IMG/VR virus record: IMGVR_UViG_3300035182_001904
Direction: 5' to 3' (one strand)
DNA length: 64,000 nucleotides
DNA from: a virus
Within the stretch, counting starts at the first letter, position 1. The number at the start of each line of letters is the position of its first letter. Positions 54,606-64,000 of this stretch are shown here, one piece after another. The notes beneath the pieces were generated by a model that saw nothing but the letters and a program-made list of their open reading frames with translations, did not search any database and was not told the origin of the DNA. The position numbers and the translations under genes are program-made.

Positions 54606-55589
54606 CTACTTCTTCTCCTTGCTCTTCGCCTCCGCCTTGATCTTGGCGTAGACGCCGATGAGAATCGTACGCAAGCGTTGATCGGCGGCCTCGCCGATCA
54701 CCAGCTTGAGCGTATCTTCGACCCCTTCCCACCACGCCAACGTCTTCTCGCTGGCGTTGGGGTGGGAGGTGTCTTGCACCGCTGCCAAGAACGTCTTGAG
54801 CGTCTTCTTGTCGGTCACGCCCGTGACGTTGCCCGCGCCCGCATTGTTCGCAGCGATGCGTGCCGCACGCGTCGAGCCCTTGCTGCCAGCGGGCGCATGT
54901 TCGAGCAGCGCCTCGAGCGCCTCCTTCTGCTTCTCGGGCTCCTTGATCCGCGCCAGCGTCGTTGCCGCGCTCGGCGAGATCTTGCCCTGCTCGACCGCCT
55001 TCTTCGTCACGGCCAGCGCGTTGTCGTCGAACGCGAGCCAGTTCTTGATGGTGGCCAGGGTCACGTTGAAGCGGATGGCCGCGTCCTCGGGCGAGACGCC
55101 CTTGTTCATGAAGCGCTTGAGCTTGCCGATCTTCGTCATCATGTCGTCGTCGCGCCGCGCTTCGTTCTCGGAGATCATTGTGCCCATGAGGCCGACGTCG
55201 GTATCGCGCTTCATCTTGCAGTCGACCTTGATGAGCGGCTCGCCGTTGGCCTTGCGACGCTTGTTCGCCACGCGGGCTGCGCGCACACGCGACCGCCCCA
55301 CGACGACCGTCGCGAAATCGTCGAGCTTGGCGATGATGATGGGAGTGTCGACGCCCACGGCGTAGATGTTGTTGATGAACTCGGGCGTCAGCGGCTCGTG
55401 GAGTCGGACGTCGTAGAGCGAATTCTCCTCATCCTCCTCGGTGTCGTTGGGCCCCTGCTCGTCCTTGGGCAAGCACTTGCCGCCGACGATGCACAAGTCA
55501 TCAGGGTCGACCGACCACATGGAGTTGCGTGCAAAGTCGAACGCCTGCTTCTTGGACTTGGACTTGGCCGTCTCGGTCGTCATCGTCAT
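54606..55589 (-). CDS. ParB/Srx-like protein with HTH
   Basis: GVDTPIII..VVVGRSRVRAA..ISENEARRD..AAIRFNVTLATIKNWL. Confidence 0.8.
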   Translation of the reverse strand: MTMTTETAKSKSKKQAFDFARNSMWSVDPDDLCIVGGKCLPKDEQGPNDTEEDEENSLYDVRLHEPLTPEFINNIYAVGVDTPIIIAKLDDFATVVVGRSRVRAARVANKRRKANGEPLIKVDCKMKRDTDVGLMGTMISENEARRDDDMMTKIGKLKRFMNKGVSPEDAAIRFNVTLATIKNWLAFDDNALAVTKKAVEQGKISPSAATTLARIKEPEKQKEALEALLEHAPAGSKGSTRAARIAANNAGAGNVTGVTDKKTLKTFLAAVQDTSHPNASEKTLAWWEGVEDTLKLVIGEAADQRLRTILIGVYAKIKAEAKSKEKK

Positions 55590-56401
55590 TTCCTCTTCCG
55601 TAGGACTACGAGTGGGGTGTTGGTTGCACGCTTCTTGGTGTCGAAGCAGTACATGCAGTTTTGACAGGCGGATTCCAACGGAACCGCGTCAGGGTGGCCT
55701 TCATGAATCGTCGCGGGACACGTCCGAGCATCAGGCGCGCGCTTGGCACGTCCACGTCCGATCGCGTGCTCCTCGAACACGACGTTGACCCACTTCGGAA
55801 TGACTTCGTCATCCGTGCAGCGAACCCACGCTGCGAAGAACTGCGGGCGCCGTTTGGCCAAGAGCTTTAGCCCTGCAGCGCGGTGTCGCGCGAGCGTTGT
55901 TGCATCGAAGCTGAGCATCACGTGTAGGTTGGGGGATTCCACGAGCTTGGCGGCCATGTCGAATTTGCGGGTCGAAACCCAAATCCGAAACTTAGGTTTC
56001 ACGGCCTTGGCGTACGCTGCAAGCTGGTTTATGAAATAAACACTGCCGAGCTGCAGATCTCCCACGCCAAACATCCGGAGGAAGTCCTGCTGACGCGACA
56101 CGACGTGCGCGATGTCCATCGCCTCGTCAGCGAGCTGACCCCACTCCTGGGTGTCGATCCCGAACAGCGCCGCGTTCTCGGCCTGCCGTCGCAGCGCCGC
56201 TGGCATAGCGATACGGCCGCCCAGGCCGTAGCAGTATACACTACATGCGCGCGTCATCCCGGTGCAAGTAAGCGCGATGCTGGTGTTGATCGAAACGCCT
56301 GTCTTGTCGTTCTTCGAAAGGAACAGACGATCGGGAACATCCTCGACGAGGATTTCGGGCGTTTTCTCTCTCAGTTTCTTGAGTTTATATTGCGGAGGCA
56401 T
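55586..56401 (-). CDS. GP88-like (radical-SAM-like) protein
   Basis: LSKNDKT..TCTGMTRACSVYCYG..FLRMFGVGD..WVSTRK..CPAT..CQNCMYCF. Confidence 0.7.
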   Translation of the reverse strand: MPPQYKLKKLREKTPEILVEDVPDRLFLSKNDKTGVSINTSIALTCTGMTRACSVYCYGLGGRIAMPAALRRQAENAALFGIDTQEWGQLADEAMDIAHVVSRQQDFLRMFGVGDLQLGSVYFINQLAAYAKAVKPKFRIWVSTRKFDMAAKLVESPNLHVMLSFDATTLARHRAAGLKLLAKRRPQFFAAWVRCTDDEVIPKWVNVVFEEHAIGRGRAKRAPDARTCPATIHEGHPDAVPLESACQNCMYCFDTKKRATNTPLVVLRKRK

Positions 56402-56431
56402 GCCGTAGCAGTTTCATGTCAAGGTTCCTCG

Positions 56432-57151
56432 ATGCGGGAAACGAAGAAGTGTTCTACATGTGAACAGTGCCGTCCGCTTTCAGCATTTCACACGACGACA
56501 CGAGGTCCTGAAACCCGTTGCCGTGCCTGCGTCGCAGAGTATTTGCGTACGTGGCGAAAATCCCGGAAAACCACCACAACCGGTACACGAACGTGTCGGG
56601 TTTGCACTAAACGAAAACCCTTACAGGCGTTTCCTGTTGAACTGTCTTCCGTTAAAGGAAGGTCATGGCGCTGCAGCGCGTGCGTCGCGGATTACCAACA
56701 GCGCTGGACGCTTGAAAAGCGCAAAAACAAACCCGTTTTCAAACGGGCGCGATCTCCGGGCGGGCCCTACATCGTTAAACAGTGCGATGTATGTGGAAAC
56801 GATTACATGCCCGGGTCGCCTTTACAACACCGTTGTAAACCTTGTCAAAGGTATTTGCGCACGCGAACAAGCGACCTTGATTTGTCAGACCGTGACCGTC
56901 GCATCGTGATTTTAGCGTTACGTGTAGCTAAAACATGTCAGTATTGCGGTGATGTATTGAATGGTTCGATCATTGAACACATGGACCCGTGTGCAGGTGA
57001 TTGCCCGAGTAATCTGACGATCTCGTGTCGCGCGTGTAACATGGGGAAGGGCGCATCTACCGCGTCTGACTACATTGCACGGTGTGTACGTGTCGCTAAA
57101 CACGCTAAAAGATACGCGGTCAAAACAATCGAAGAACTCGCCATTCTTTAG
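56432..57151 (+). CDS. HNH endonuclease with multiple N-terminal zinc fingers
   Basis: several CxxC pairs, then CQYCG..IEHMDP..SNLTISCRACNMGKG; lower GC; counter-oriented. Confidence 0.8.
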   Translation: MRETKKCSTCEQCRPLSAFHTTTRGPETRCRACVAEYLRTWRKSRKTTTTGTRTCRVCTKRKPLQAFPVELSSVKGRSWRCSACVADYQQRWTLEKRKNKPVFKRARSPGGPYIVKQCDVCGNDYMPGSPLQHRCKPCQRYLRTRTSDLDLSDRDRRIVILALRVAKTCQYCGDVLNGSIIEHMDPCAGDCPSNLTISCRACNMGKGASTASDYIARCVRVAKHAKRYAVKTIEELAIL

Positions 57152-57642
57152 TCGACATGGAAACCATCCCAGATTGTGGTGCTGCAAGCCCCGCACTCGA
57201 GGCGCGCTGCATCGATGACCTGTTTGGGCACGCGGTTCATCGCGCCGTCCCGCTCTCCAGAGAGGTCCTTGTCGTTGTGCGACAGGTGCGCCTTCCACAG
57301 GTGCGCGGTCAAATAGGTCTCGACGATCGCGTTCGCACGCCGAAGGTCCTTCTTGCACTTGGGACAACGCGCCGGGACGACCAGCTGTCGCGTTGAAATG
57401 CGGACGTGGGCCACGTCTATCGCGTGGCCCTTTCCACGAATGGGCACGACGTTCTCGACGGAGTCGACGTCGACCGAGTCAACTTTGCCTGGGACGATGC
57501 CGGCGATCAGGATGACCGCGTCAGCTTTGCGCAGCGCCTTGGAACGCGCCTCTTGCCAGGTCTTGGCTTCGAAATGGTCTACGTAGGATTGTTCGTTGTC
57601 ATCATAGACGGCGAAGACCGTCCACCATTGCTTGGTAGCCAT
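57148..57642 (-). CDS. hypothetical protein with a zinc ribbon
   Basis: CPKC..CGAC. Confidence 0.65.
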   Translation of the reverse strand: MATKQWWTVFAVYDDNEQSYVDHFEAKTWQEARSKALRKADAVILIAGIVPGKVDSVDVDSVENVVPIRGKGHAIDVAHVRISTRQLVVPARCPKCKKDLRRANAIVETYLTAHLWKAHLSHNDKDLSGERDGAMNRVPKQVIDAARLECGACSTTIWDGFHVD

Positions 57643-57690
57643 TCTCCCTAACTTCACGTATTGCCGTAGCGATACGCAGCGTGACAATTT

Positions 57691-58446
57691 CTAGGCGAGC
57701 AAGAATTCGCGCACCAGCTCCCAGCCGTGCCACGGCAGGGTGATGAGCGCGGAGATTCTTGCGATTGGGACGCACTTGCAGTCCGGGCACGCCGCGCGGT
57801 GTTCGACGGGGTTCACCGTCGCACCGTCGGGCGCTGCTTCACGAACTGCTTGTAGCTTCGAGAACTGGAACGCGTCCATGTACTTCGGAGGTCCGACTTC
57901 GAACGTCACACAGTGAGCACATCCACAGTCACACGCGTCGCCGCGACGAAGCTGTTCGTAGACCGTGAAGCCCGACAGGTCCAACATCTCGTCGGTCACG
58001 GCATCGAGAATCTCGTCCTCGGGCAGGAAGCCCTCGGCCATCCGAGCCCTCTGTTCGTCGTCGCCATTCTTCTCGATCCAGAGGCGCAGAGCCTTGGAGC
58101 GAGCGTTGTCCTTGGCGGTGGCATCGCGCGAGGTCACGGCGGCCATCTCGGCCTTGCGCGCGCTCTCGACCTGCTGTGCCTTTTCGAGGTGCTTGCGCTG
58201 CAGTGCACGGACTTCGAGAATCGGACGGATGGCGTCCAGCGTTGCTTCCACGACCGGCGGTTCGGCTGTGCTGGTCCCGATGGCTTCGTTGTTCTCGTAG
58301 GCCATCGCCAGCTCGAGGCGTAGCTCTGGAGAGAGGGTTGCGAGCGCCTCTTCCGTGAGGGTGAAGCTCTGGGACCCCACCGTGACCTTGCCTGCCAAGA
58401 TGGCGGCGCGCGGTGAGACGAAGACGTTGATGGTCAGCACGGGCAT
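57691..58446 (-). CDS. hypothetical protein with C-terminal Cys clusters
   Basis: CDCGCAHC and CPDCKC. Confidence 0.7.
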   Translation of the reverse strand: MPVLTINVFVSPRAAILAGKVTVGSQSFTLTEEALATLSPELRLELAMAYENNEAIGTSTAEPPVVEATLDAIRPILEVRALQRKHLEKAQQVESARKAEMAAVTSRDATAKDNARSKALRLWIEKNGDDEQRARMAEGFLPEDEILDAVTDEMLDLSGFTVYEQLRRGDACDCGCAHCVTFEVGPPKYMDAFQFSKLQAVREAAPDGATVNPVEHRAACPDCKCVPIARISALITLPWHGWELVREFLLA

Positions 58447-58596
58447 GGCGTCACATGAACAGAGCCCAAAGCGTCAACGCAAACAAGCCCAGACCGGCGC
58501 CGATGAGGGCCAACGACAGGAGGCCCCGCCACACCGTGGAGCGTGGCGGGTCCCGGGGCGCAGCCTGCAGCGAAGGGAACGGCAACAGGTTATCCT

Positions 58597-58848
58597 TCAC
58601 GATGGGCTCGTTGTCTTTTTGCAGCTTGGGCACAGAACTTCCTCGTTGAGCGTGGGCTTGTCTTCTTCGAGATTGAACGACTCTCCGCAGACCCCGCACG
58701 GAACAACACTCCGTGCTTTCAGATAGGCGTCGAGCCCTGTCTGTGTCGGGTTGTTGATCTCTTCGATCGCGCGGTCGACGACGTCTTGCTTGCCGCCTGC
58801 CTCGAGGGCGTCGTAGAGCGCGGCGAGATACAGGTTAAAGTACTTCAT
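58597..58848 (-). CDS. zinc-ribbon hypothetical protein
   Basis: CGVCG..CPSC. Confidence 0.55.
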   Translation of the reverse strand: MKYFNLYLAALYDALEAGGKQDVVDRAIEEINNPTQTGLDAYLKARSVVPCGVCGESFNLEEDKPTLNEEVLCPSCKKTTSPS

Positions 58849-59552
58849 GTTGCAGCGGCCTCCACAGAGGCATCATAGATCGCTTGCCGCGCTTCGGCGC
58901 GCAACCTCCTGGCCTCCCGTTTCTCCCAGCGCTTCTTGGCGACATCATCGATGAACCGCTTCTCCCACTGCCCCCGCTCGTTCCAGTCGGCGGTGAACCA
59001 GTGCCAGCTCACCCCATCGCTCAGGATCTCGCGGCGCAACATGTCGAAGTGGTCTTCGAGCACGGGGGCGTACTTCGCCCCGACGAACCAGGTTTCCCCG
59101 TCGATCCGGGTGGTCCAGGGAACGCGTGCGCAGAAGCGCTTGAACATGTCCTCGGCGTATCCAGCACCCCGGGGCCAGCGATTGTGGTTGCTCGTCCAAC
59201 GAAACGGGTTGGTCTCGGACGCCAAGCTAATCATGTCCTGGAACCCCGCATCGCCGAGCGCACGGCGCCAGCCCCTCAGGTTCTTGTCCGTGGTCATGCT
59301 GTACCCGGTGTATCCAAAATCCGTGATCATGTCACGGCTGAAATCAACCGCCATTACACGGGTATCGTGGTGCTTGAAGACCATGCGACCAGTCGCGGTC
59401 CAAAGAAGGCCTTCGAACGTAACGAAGCGCTCAGCCTTGCCCTCGAAGACGATCTCCGTATTCGTGCCCTTGTGTCGTACGCCTCCGTTGCGAAGGGCTT
59501 TATCTAGTTGTTCGTTGTGGCGATTCAGTGAATTTCGCCTTGCGAACCCCAT
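58845..59552 (-). CDS. hypothetical protein
   Basis: 235-aa Trp-rich ORF; YSMTTDKNL. Confidence 0.65.
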   Translation of the reverse strand: MGFARRNSLNRHNEQLDKALRNGGVRHKGTNTEIVFEGKAERFVTFEGLLWTATGRMVFKHHDTRVMAVDFSRDMITDFGYTGYSMTTDKNLRGWRRALGDAGFQDMISLASETNPFRWTSNHNRWPRGAGYAEDMFKRFCARVPWTTRIDGETWFVGAKYAPVLEDHFDMLRREILSDGVSWHWFTADWNERGQWEKRFIDDVAKKRWEKREARRLRAEARQAIYDASVEAAAT

Positions 59553-59977
59553 CAGGCTCCTTTCAGGCGCGAGGTCTCCTTGCGGATCTTCTCCTGCGCG
59601 ATGAGCAGGCGTTTACGCCATAGGTCCAGTCGCGTCTTGACTGGGACTGTGGAGTGTACCGTACGCACGTAGCGGTACTTTTCCGCGTTGCCCCGCTCAG
59701 CCCACTCGATGATGTCCCCCGTACACAGAGGGCATCGCATCGCAGGCGTCTTGTTGTTCTGCTCGAAGTGGTTGTTGCTACAGTCCATGATGTAGAGCAA
59801 CGCGCCGTCAACGCCCACTTCAACTGCCGTTGAACCGCAACAGCCGAACTTCCAACCGTTACCGCCCGCGCTGATCGCGCAAGCCATGCTGACGGGGCAG
59901 GTCCCACAGTCGACTGTGCCTTCCTTGATCTTCTTCTCGGACGTGGTGAGCACGTCGAGGATCTTCAACGCCATCAT
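59552..59977 (-). CDS. Cys-rich hypothetical protein
   Basis: DCGTCPVSMAC..GCCG..CPLC. Confidence 0.6.
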   Translation of the reverse strand: MMALKILDVLTTSEKKIKEGTVDCGTCPVSMACAISAGGNGWKFGCCGSTAVEVGVDGALLYIMDCSNNHFEQNNKTPAMRCPLCTGDIIEWAERGNAEKYRYVRTVHSTVPVKTRLDLWRKRLLIAQEKIRKETSRLKGA

Positions 59978-60543
59978 GCCGATAGATCCTTTGCTGCGAT
60001 TTTGTACGTACCGCGAGGGTGCGCACAGGTCACCGTGACGGTGTCTTTCCTGATCTTGACGGGATGCACGAGCGCGGCACCATCGCGCAGACGTATCAAA
60101 TGCGTTGAGTCGCCGGGCCTCGACATGGGGCGCACCCCTACTGGCGGCCCCTGACGAAAGCAGTGATCCGGCGTGCTGTAGTTCTTCGCGATGCAGTCGA
60201 TGGAGTAGGAACACCCCGAGCAGACCTCATAGGGGTCCTTGATGAGTTTGTGCAACGGCGCCAACATCGGCTTGTCGTTGTTGATAGCGTAGCGCACGAG
60301 TACCCGTGCCACGCCCTCTTGTACAACGGTCCGTAGGGCGTGCTGCAAGTCGGTGCTGAGCGTTGGACACGCATTGACGAGACGATGACTGATGTCGCCC
60401 TTGACCTCCTCAACGAGAAAGAGGACGCGCTCGACTACCTCGCGGGGCTGCTCGAGCATCCGGGCGATCACTTCGATCACGTCTTCTTCCGCGTCTCCCC
60501 ACTTCGCTTCGAAGAGTGCTTGCTCCAGATCATCTAATGCCAT
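59974..60543 (-). CDS. Cys-containing hypothetical protein
   Basis: VCSGCSYSIDC. Confidence 0.6.
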   Translation of the reverse strand: MALDDLEQALFEAKWGDAEEDVIEVIARMLEQPREVVERVLFLVEEVKGDISHRLVNACPTLSTDLQHALRTVVQEGVARVLVRYAINNDKPMLAPLHKLIKDPYEVCSGCSYSIDCIAKNYSTPDHCFRQGPPVGVRPMSRPGDSTHLIRLRDGAALVHPVKIRKDTVTVTCAHPRGTYKIAAKDLSA

Positions 60544-60592
60544 AGCGTCTCCTCCATCGGATACTGATACCAAATTTAACCGGAGGTTATGG

Positions 60593-61426
60593 ATGTACTC
60601 CACACGCATTCTCAAGGACTCGATTGCTCCGTGCGGCAAACGTCTCACCACCTGGGAGTTGACCTACCCACGCTTCGTGCACGCCGAGCTGATGACCCAT
60701 CGACTGTTCAGTCGCAACGCCGCGTCGAGCCGGGCCATCCCGATCGAGAAGCTCATCGAGCGCGTCGAACAGGATCCAGCGATGCCGGTCTTCTGGGGCA
60801 AGAACCAGAAGGGGATGCAGGCCGAGGTCGAGATGTCGCCTGCCGAACGGCAGAAAGCCGAAGCCCAGTGGCTTTATGCGCGAGACCTTGCGGTGCAACA
60901 GTGCCGGAACCTCGCAGGCCTGGGCGTCCACAAACAGCTCGCCAACCGCATCATCGAGCCGTGGATGTTCATCACTGTCATTCTCTCGGCAACGGAGTTC
61001 GACAACTGGTTCCACCTGCGGAACCACCGCATGGCCCAGCCCGAGATCGCGTGGGTAGCCAAGGACATGTGGGAGAAGTTCCACGCACCGTCGAACCTGC
61101 CGCAGGAACTTGCCGCAGGTGAATGGCATCTGCCCCTCACCGACGGATCCGACGACGTCTCCATGGATGTCTTAAAGAAGATCTCGGTCGGACGTTGTGC
61201 ACGTGTGTCGTATTTGACACACGAGGGCAAGCGTGACCCTGTCGAGGACATCAAGCTCCACGACCGGCTCTGTGCGGGCCCCGCAACAGGCGACCCGGGC
61301 CACTGGTCCCCGTTCGAGCACGTCGCCCAGGCGCTTGCGACGCCCGACCGCAGTGGCAACTTCATCGGCTTCCGGCAGTACCGCAAGGAATTCGAGACTG
61401 AACACTTTGGGGGGCGTTTACCGTGA
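60593..61426 (+). CDS. thyX: FAD-dependent thymidylate synthase
   Basis: ELMTHRLFSRNAASSRAIP motif, HWSPFEH; GGAGG ribosome-binding site 6 nt upstream. Confidence 0.88.
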   Translation: MYSTRILKDSIAPCGKRLTTWELTYPRFVHAELMTHRLFSRNAASSRAIPIEKLIERVEQDPAMPVFWGKNQKGMQAEVEMSPAERQKAEAQWLYARDLAVQQCRNLAGLGVHKQLANRIIEPWMFITVILSATEFDNWFHLRNHRMAQPEIAWVAKDMWEKFHAPSNLPQELAAGEWHLPLTDGSDDVSMDVLKKISVGRCARVSYLTHEGKRDPVEDIKLHDRLCAGPATGDPGHWSPFEHVAQALATPDRSGNFIGFRQYRKEFETEHFGGRLP

Positions 61427-61902
61427 GACCGCGCCAAACTACCTCCATCAAGACCCGTTTTTGGGCCAAGGTCAAAAAGACGCGGAGGTGTTGGTTATGG
61501 ACCGCGTCAACGAACGGTGAAGGCTACGGACATCTCGGCAAAGGGCGCGCGGGGGAAGGCACGGTCGCCGCCCATCGTTTCTCTTGGCTACTTCACCACG
61601 GAAGCCTTCCACCGCGCGGCATCGGCATTCTTCACAAGTGTGACAATCCTCGATGTGTTCGTCCGAGCCATCTTTTTCGCAGTGACCAAGACGTCAACAT
61701 GCGGGACGCGGCTACAAAGGGGCGCGTGCCACGCGGAACCCGCCACTGGAACGCGAAGCTCACGCCCCGCAAAGTCGCTGCGATTCGACGCGCGTTCAAA
61801 CGCGGGGATGTGTCACAAACACAGCTCGCTAAACGTTTCAACGTGGCGCAATCGACAATTAGTATCGTTGCGCGTCAACGCGGTTGGCGTTCAGTCCGGT
61901 GA
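61423..61902 (+). CDS. HNH homing endonuclease with C-terminal HTH
   Basis: FWAKV..CWLWT..GYG..AHRFSW..LHKCDNPRCVRPSHL. Confidence 0.88.
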   Translation: MRPRQTTSIKTRFWAKVKKTRRCWLWTASTNGEGYGHLGKGRAGEGTVAAHRFSWLLHHGSLPPRGIGILHKCDNPRCVRPSHLFRSDQDVNMRDAATKGRVPRGTRHWNAKLTPRKVAAIRRAFKRGDVSQTQLAKRFNVAQSTISIVARQRGWRSVR

Positions 61903-62270
61903 TGGGGTGGGGCCAACTTCGGTCCGTCCTTGCTGTCTTTTCGCTTCTCCCCATCCCACACGGACTCGAGGATCTCTTCTTCCTCGAAGGTCCAAGTCAT
62001 CAGCTCGTGCGCGCGGACGCCGTACTCCTTGAAAGCGTCGAACACGTAGACCTCAGGGTCCCGCAGTCGTGGGCCCTCGAACGTCATGATCGTGTGCAAG
62101 TCCCGTAGGCACTTGATGCACGTGCCGTTGATCTTCTGGAAGCTGTCGTCACAACCGCAGTCAAGACAGCTCGGGCAATAGACCTTGCCGTCGTGCCACT
62201 GAACGAGGTCCGTCTCGTTCCCGCAGCGTGCGCACGACGGTTCAGATGGGCGAGGTTTCCGCCGGGGCAT
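61875..62270 (-). CDS. zinc-finger hypothetical protein
   Basis: CARCG..YCPSCLDCGC..CIKC. Confidence 0.6.
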   Translation of the reverse strand: MPRRKPRPSEPSCARCGNETDLVQWHDGKVYCPSCLDCGCDDSFQKINGTCIKCLRDLHTIMTFEGPRLRDPEVYVFDAFKEYGVRAHELMTWTFEEEEILESVWDGEKRKDSKDGPKLAPPHHRTERQPR

Positions 62271-63672
62271 GACACACTTCGTACAACGAGCACGAGTGAT
62301 GGTGGTCGCAGTTCATCATCGAAGGTTCCCCGTCTGGGATAGCCTTCCCGCACTCGTCGCACATCTCGAAAGCGGGGGCCTCGGGTTGCGCCGGAGGCTC
62401 CACCTCACGTGCCACATGCTCGAGGAGGAGGTCCAGCGGCTGAACGTTCCGACGCTTGGCCTCGGCATTCAGCGCCGACGTCAGCAGTTCCTTGAATGGC
62501 GCCGCCAGAAGCCGTCGTTCGACGCCCACGATCTTGTCCGAGTCGATGAGCCGGCAGGCTGCTTTGGTCCCGCGGAACGCCACCACGGACATCGACGGTA
62601 GGAAGGGCGTGACTCGATCGAGGACTGCCCACTCTGCCGGCGTCAGATCGGCTGGCGCAAAGCGTTCTTCGATCGTCCCTTCCATCCGGGCAGCCACCGT
62701 CGCTGCCGACAGCCCGCCCTTCTCGAGCAGCTCCTGCAGGGTGTTCGAGACCACCACAGGCTTGGCGCCCACGCTCTCGGCTTCCTTCGCGGCTGACATC
62801 GTGGTCACCGGCGAGGCGTCTGGGCCTTGCTCCTCCTCGAAACGTTCGCGCACGTGCTTCAGGAGCTTGGCGTCGGCGTGGTACTTCAGCTGTCGGACCT
62901 CGGCGGCATCGGCCTTCGCCATCTCGTAGACGCGAGGCGCGGCCAGCTCGGGCTTCTGCGAGCACGCCTCCTGCCACAGGTGGCCGAGCTTGTAGTGGAG
63001 AGACCATTCGTCAAGCGCGTTGCGATCGCGATCCAGCTCGAGAAACTTCATGTCATAGCCGCACGCGAGATCCTCGAACACCTTGACGAAGATGCCACGA
63101 GAGAACACCTGGCCCTTGCGGGCAGGTGCCAACAGCAGTGTGCCCGTCGACATCTCGAGGGTGTCAGCTGCCTTGGGCGGGTCGAGGAACAGGAACAACT
63201 TCTTCAGCTCGGTCCAGACCTCCGTGGGGATGTTGTCGATCTCGATCTTGAAGTCGGACTCTCGGATCGAGACCTTCCGGCTCTTGAACGTCAGCAGCTC
63301 CTGACCCTCGAACGGATGCCCGACGTCTGGTTGCTCGAACGAGACGGTCCAGGACAGGTCCCCGTTGGTGAACTTGACGTCGTGACCCTTTCGCATGAGC
63401 GCGAGCACCCCCAAGACGAAGCCCTCGCCGTACTGTCCCCGCTTCTGCCCAGGGACCTTGTCGGACTTCCCTAGGATGAGCAGCTTGGCGGGATCGACGT
63501 AGATGTTAGCGTTGGAGATCACCAGCCGCGCCGAGCGCGGGAAGTGCTCGATCGTCATCTTGTAGCCGTCTTCGTCCGCGTCCTTGGTGTTCTGAAGCAG
63601 TTCGCGCACGCCCGCGAAAACGCCCCAGCCGCTGCAGTAGTTCTTGTCGATTCCGAGCGGGATCTTGGCCAT
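62242..63672 (-). CDS. GHKL-family ATPase-domain protein
   Basis: VRELLQNTKDA (N box), LGKSDK..RGQYGEG (G boxes). Confidence 0.8.
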   Translation of the reverse strand: MAKIPLGIDKNYCSGWGVFAGVRELLQNTKDADEDGYKMTIEHFPRSARLVISNANIYVDPAKLLILGKSDKVPGQKRGQYGEGFVLGVLALMRKGHDVKFTNGDLSWTVSFEQPDVGHPFEGQELLTFKSRKVSIRESDFKIEIDNIPTEVWTELKKLFLFLDPPKAADTLEMSTGTLLLAPARKGQVFSRGIFVKVFEDLACGYDMKFLELDRDRNALDEWSLHYKLGHLWQEACSQKPELAAPRVYEMAKADAAEVRQLKYHADAKLLKHVRERFEEEQGPDASPVTTMSAAKEAESVGAKPVVVSNTLQELLEKGGLSAATVAARMEGTIEERFAPADLTPAEWAVLDRVTPFLPSMSVVAFRGTKAACRLIDSDKIVGVERRLLAAPFKELLTSALNAEAKRRNVQPLDLLLEHVAREVEPPAQPEAPAFEMCDECGKAIPDGEPSMMNCDHHHSCSLYEVCHAPAETSPI

Positions 63673-63717
63673 GGTGGTTCTTTCGTTCGTAGGGTGATTG
63701 TGTGATAAACGTTGGGC

Positions 63718-64000
63718 GTGTGGAAACCACAGAGCAAGCTCAACTACGTGACGTTGAACCCCAAGGGTCAAGTCATCGTGGTTGCCTGCCCGATGCTCAG
63801 GTCAAACGACGTACTTCGTGAACGCTGGTCCGAACGGGCAGCAGTAGCGATCGGCGACTCGAGCAGTTACTTGCGTGACATCGTGCGAGACATCCTCGCC
63901 AACCCACAGATTCGCGCCATCGTGTTCGATGGACCCGCATGTGGGCGTGAGGGTTATGACAAGTTCTGGCGTGGGACAGAAGACCCAGGCTGGCGCATCG
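63718..64000 (+). CDS. partial gene with an MtrA-like N-terminal domain (thymidylate-synthase-type fusion candidate)
   Basis: manual translation MWKPQ..VIVVAC..AVAIG..IVRDILANPQIRAIVFDG; runs off the window. Confidence 0.45.
   Translation, partial: MWKPQSKLNYVTLNPKGQVIVVACPMLRSNDVLRERWSERAAVAIGDSSSYLRDIVRDILANPQIRAIVFDGPACGREGYDKFWRGTEDPGWRI

Noticed and set aside
56401-57670. Shared TGCCGTAGC motif upstream of two minus-strand genes as a promoter element
   Set aside because: The same string occurs in coding regions (for example near 45663), so it cannot be distinguished from chance in GC-rich DNA.

Overview
A GC-rich segment of a large, probably jumbo-class, tailed dsDNA phage genome. The host cannot be determined from this window, and the genetic code appears standard. 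Virion and lysis modules lie at 1-10 kb and 23.6-32.6 kb: three tandem ~345-aa paralogues, two segmented collagen-like fibres, a BppU-like protein and a lytic transglycosylase. Nucleotide-metabolism genes include tdk, thyX, a MazG-like gene and a partial MtrA-like/thymidylate-synthase-type gene. There are four free-standing HNH genes (one with a nonsense codon), ParB-like, GP88-like, GHKL ATPase, methyltransferase and HTH regulator genes. The dominant unexplained feature is about 45 small, translationally coupled minus-strand ORFs (manual count) in arrays at 10-22, 32.6-35.4 and 44.4-47.9 kb. They share one scaffold, D-x-x-G-[LIV]-[VA]-H ... C ... T-C-x-x-C (a putative His-Cys3 zinc finger), with hypervariable sequence between the ligands. 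The window also shows signs that this family is being reshuffled: an A-B-A templated duplication between two members, the module appended to unrelated proteins, homopolymer frameshifts, and two degenerate-HNH-plus-finger fusions heading the first array beside a long inverted repeat. All family and domain calls are by-eye motif recognition; no database search was run. Start codons are estimated from gene overlaps.
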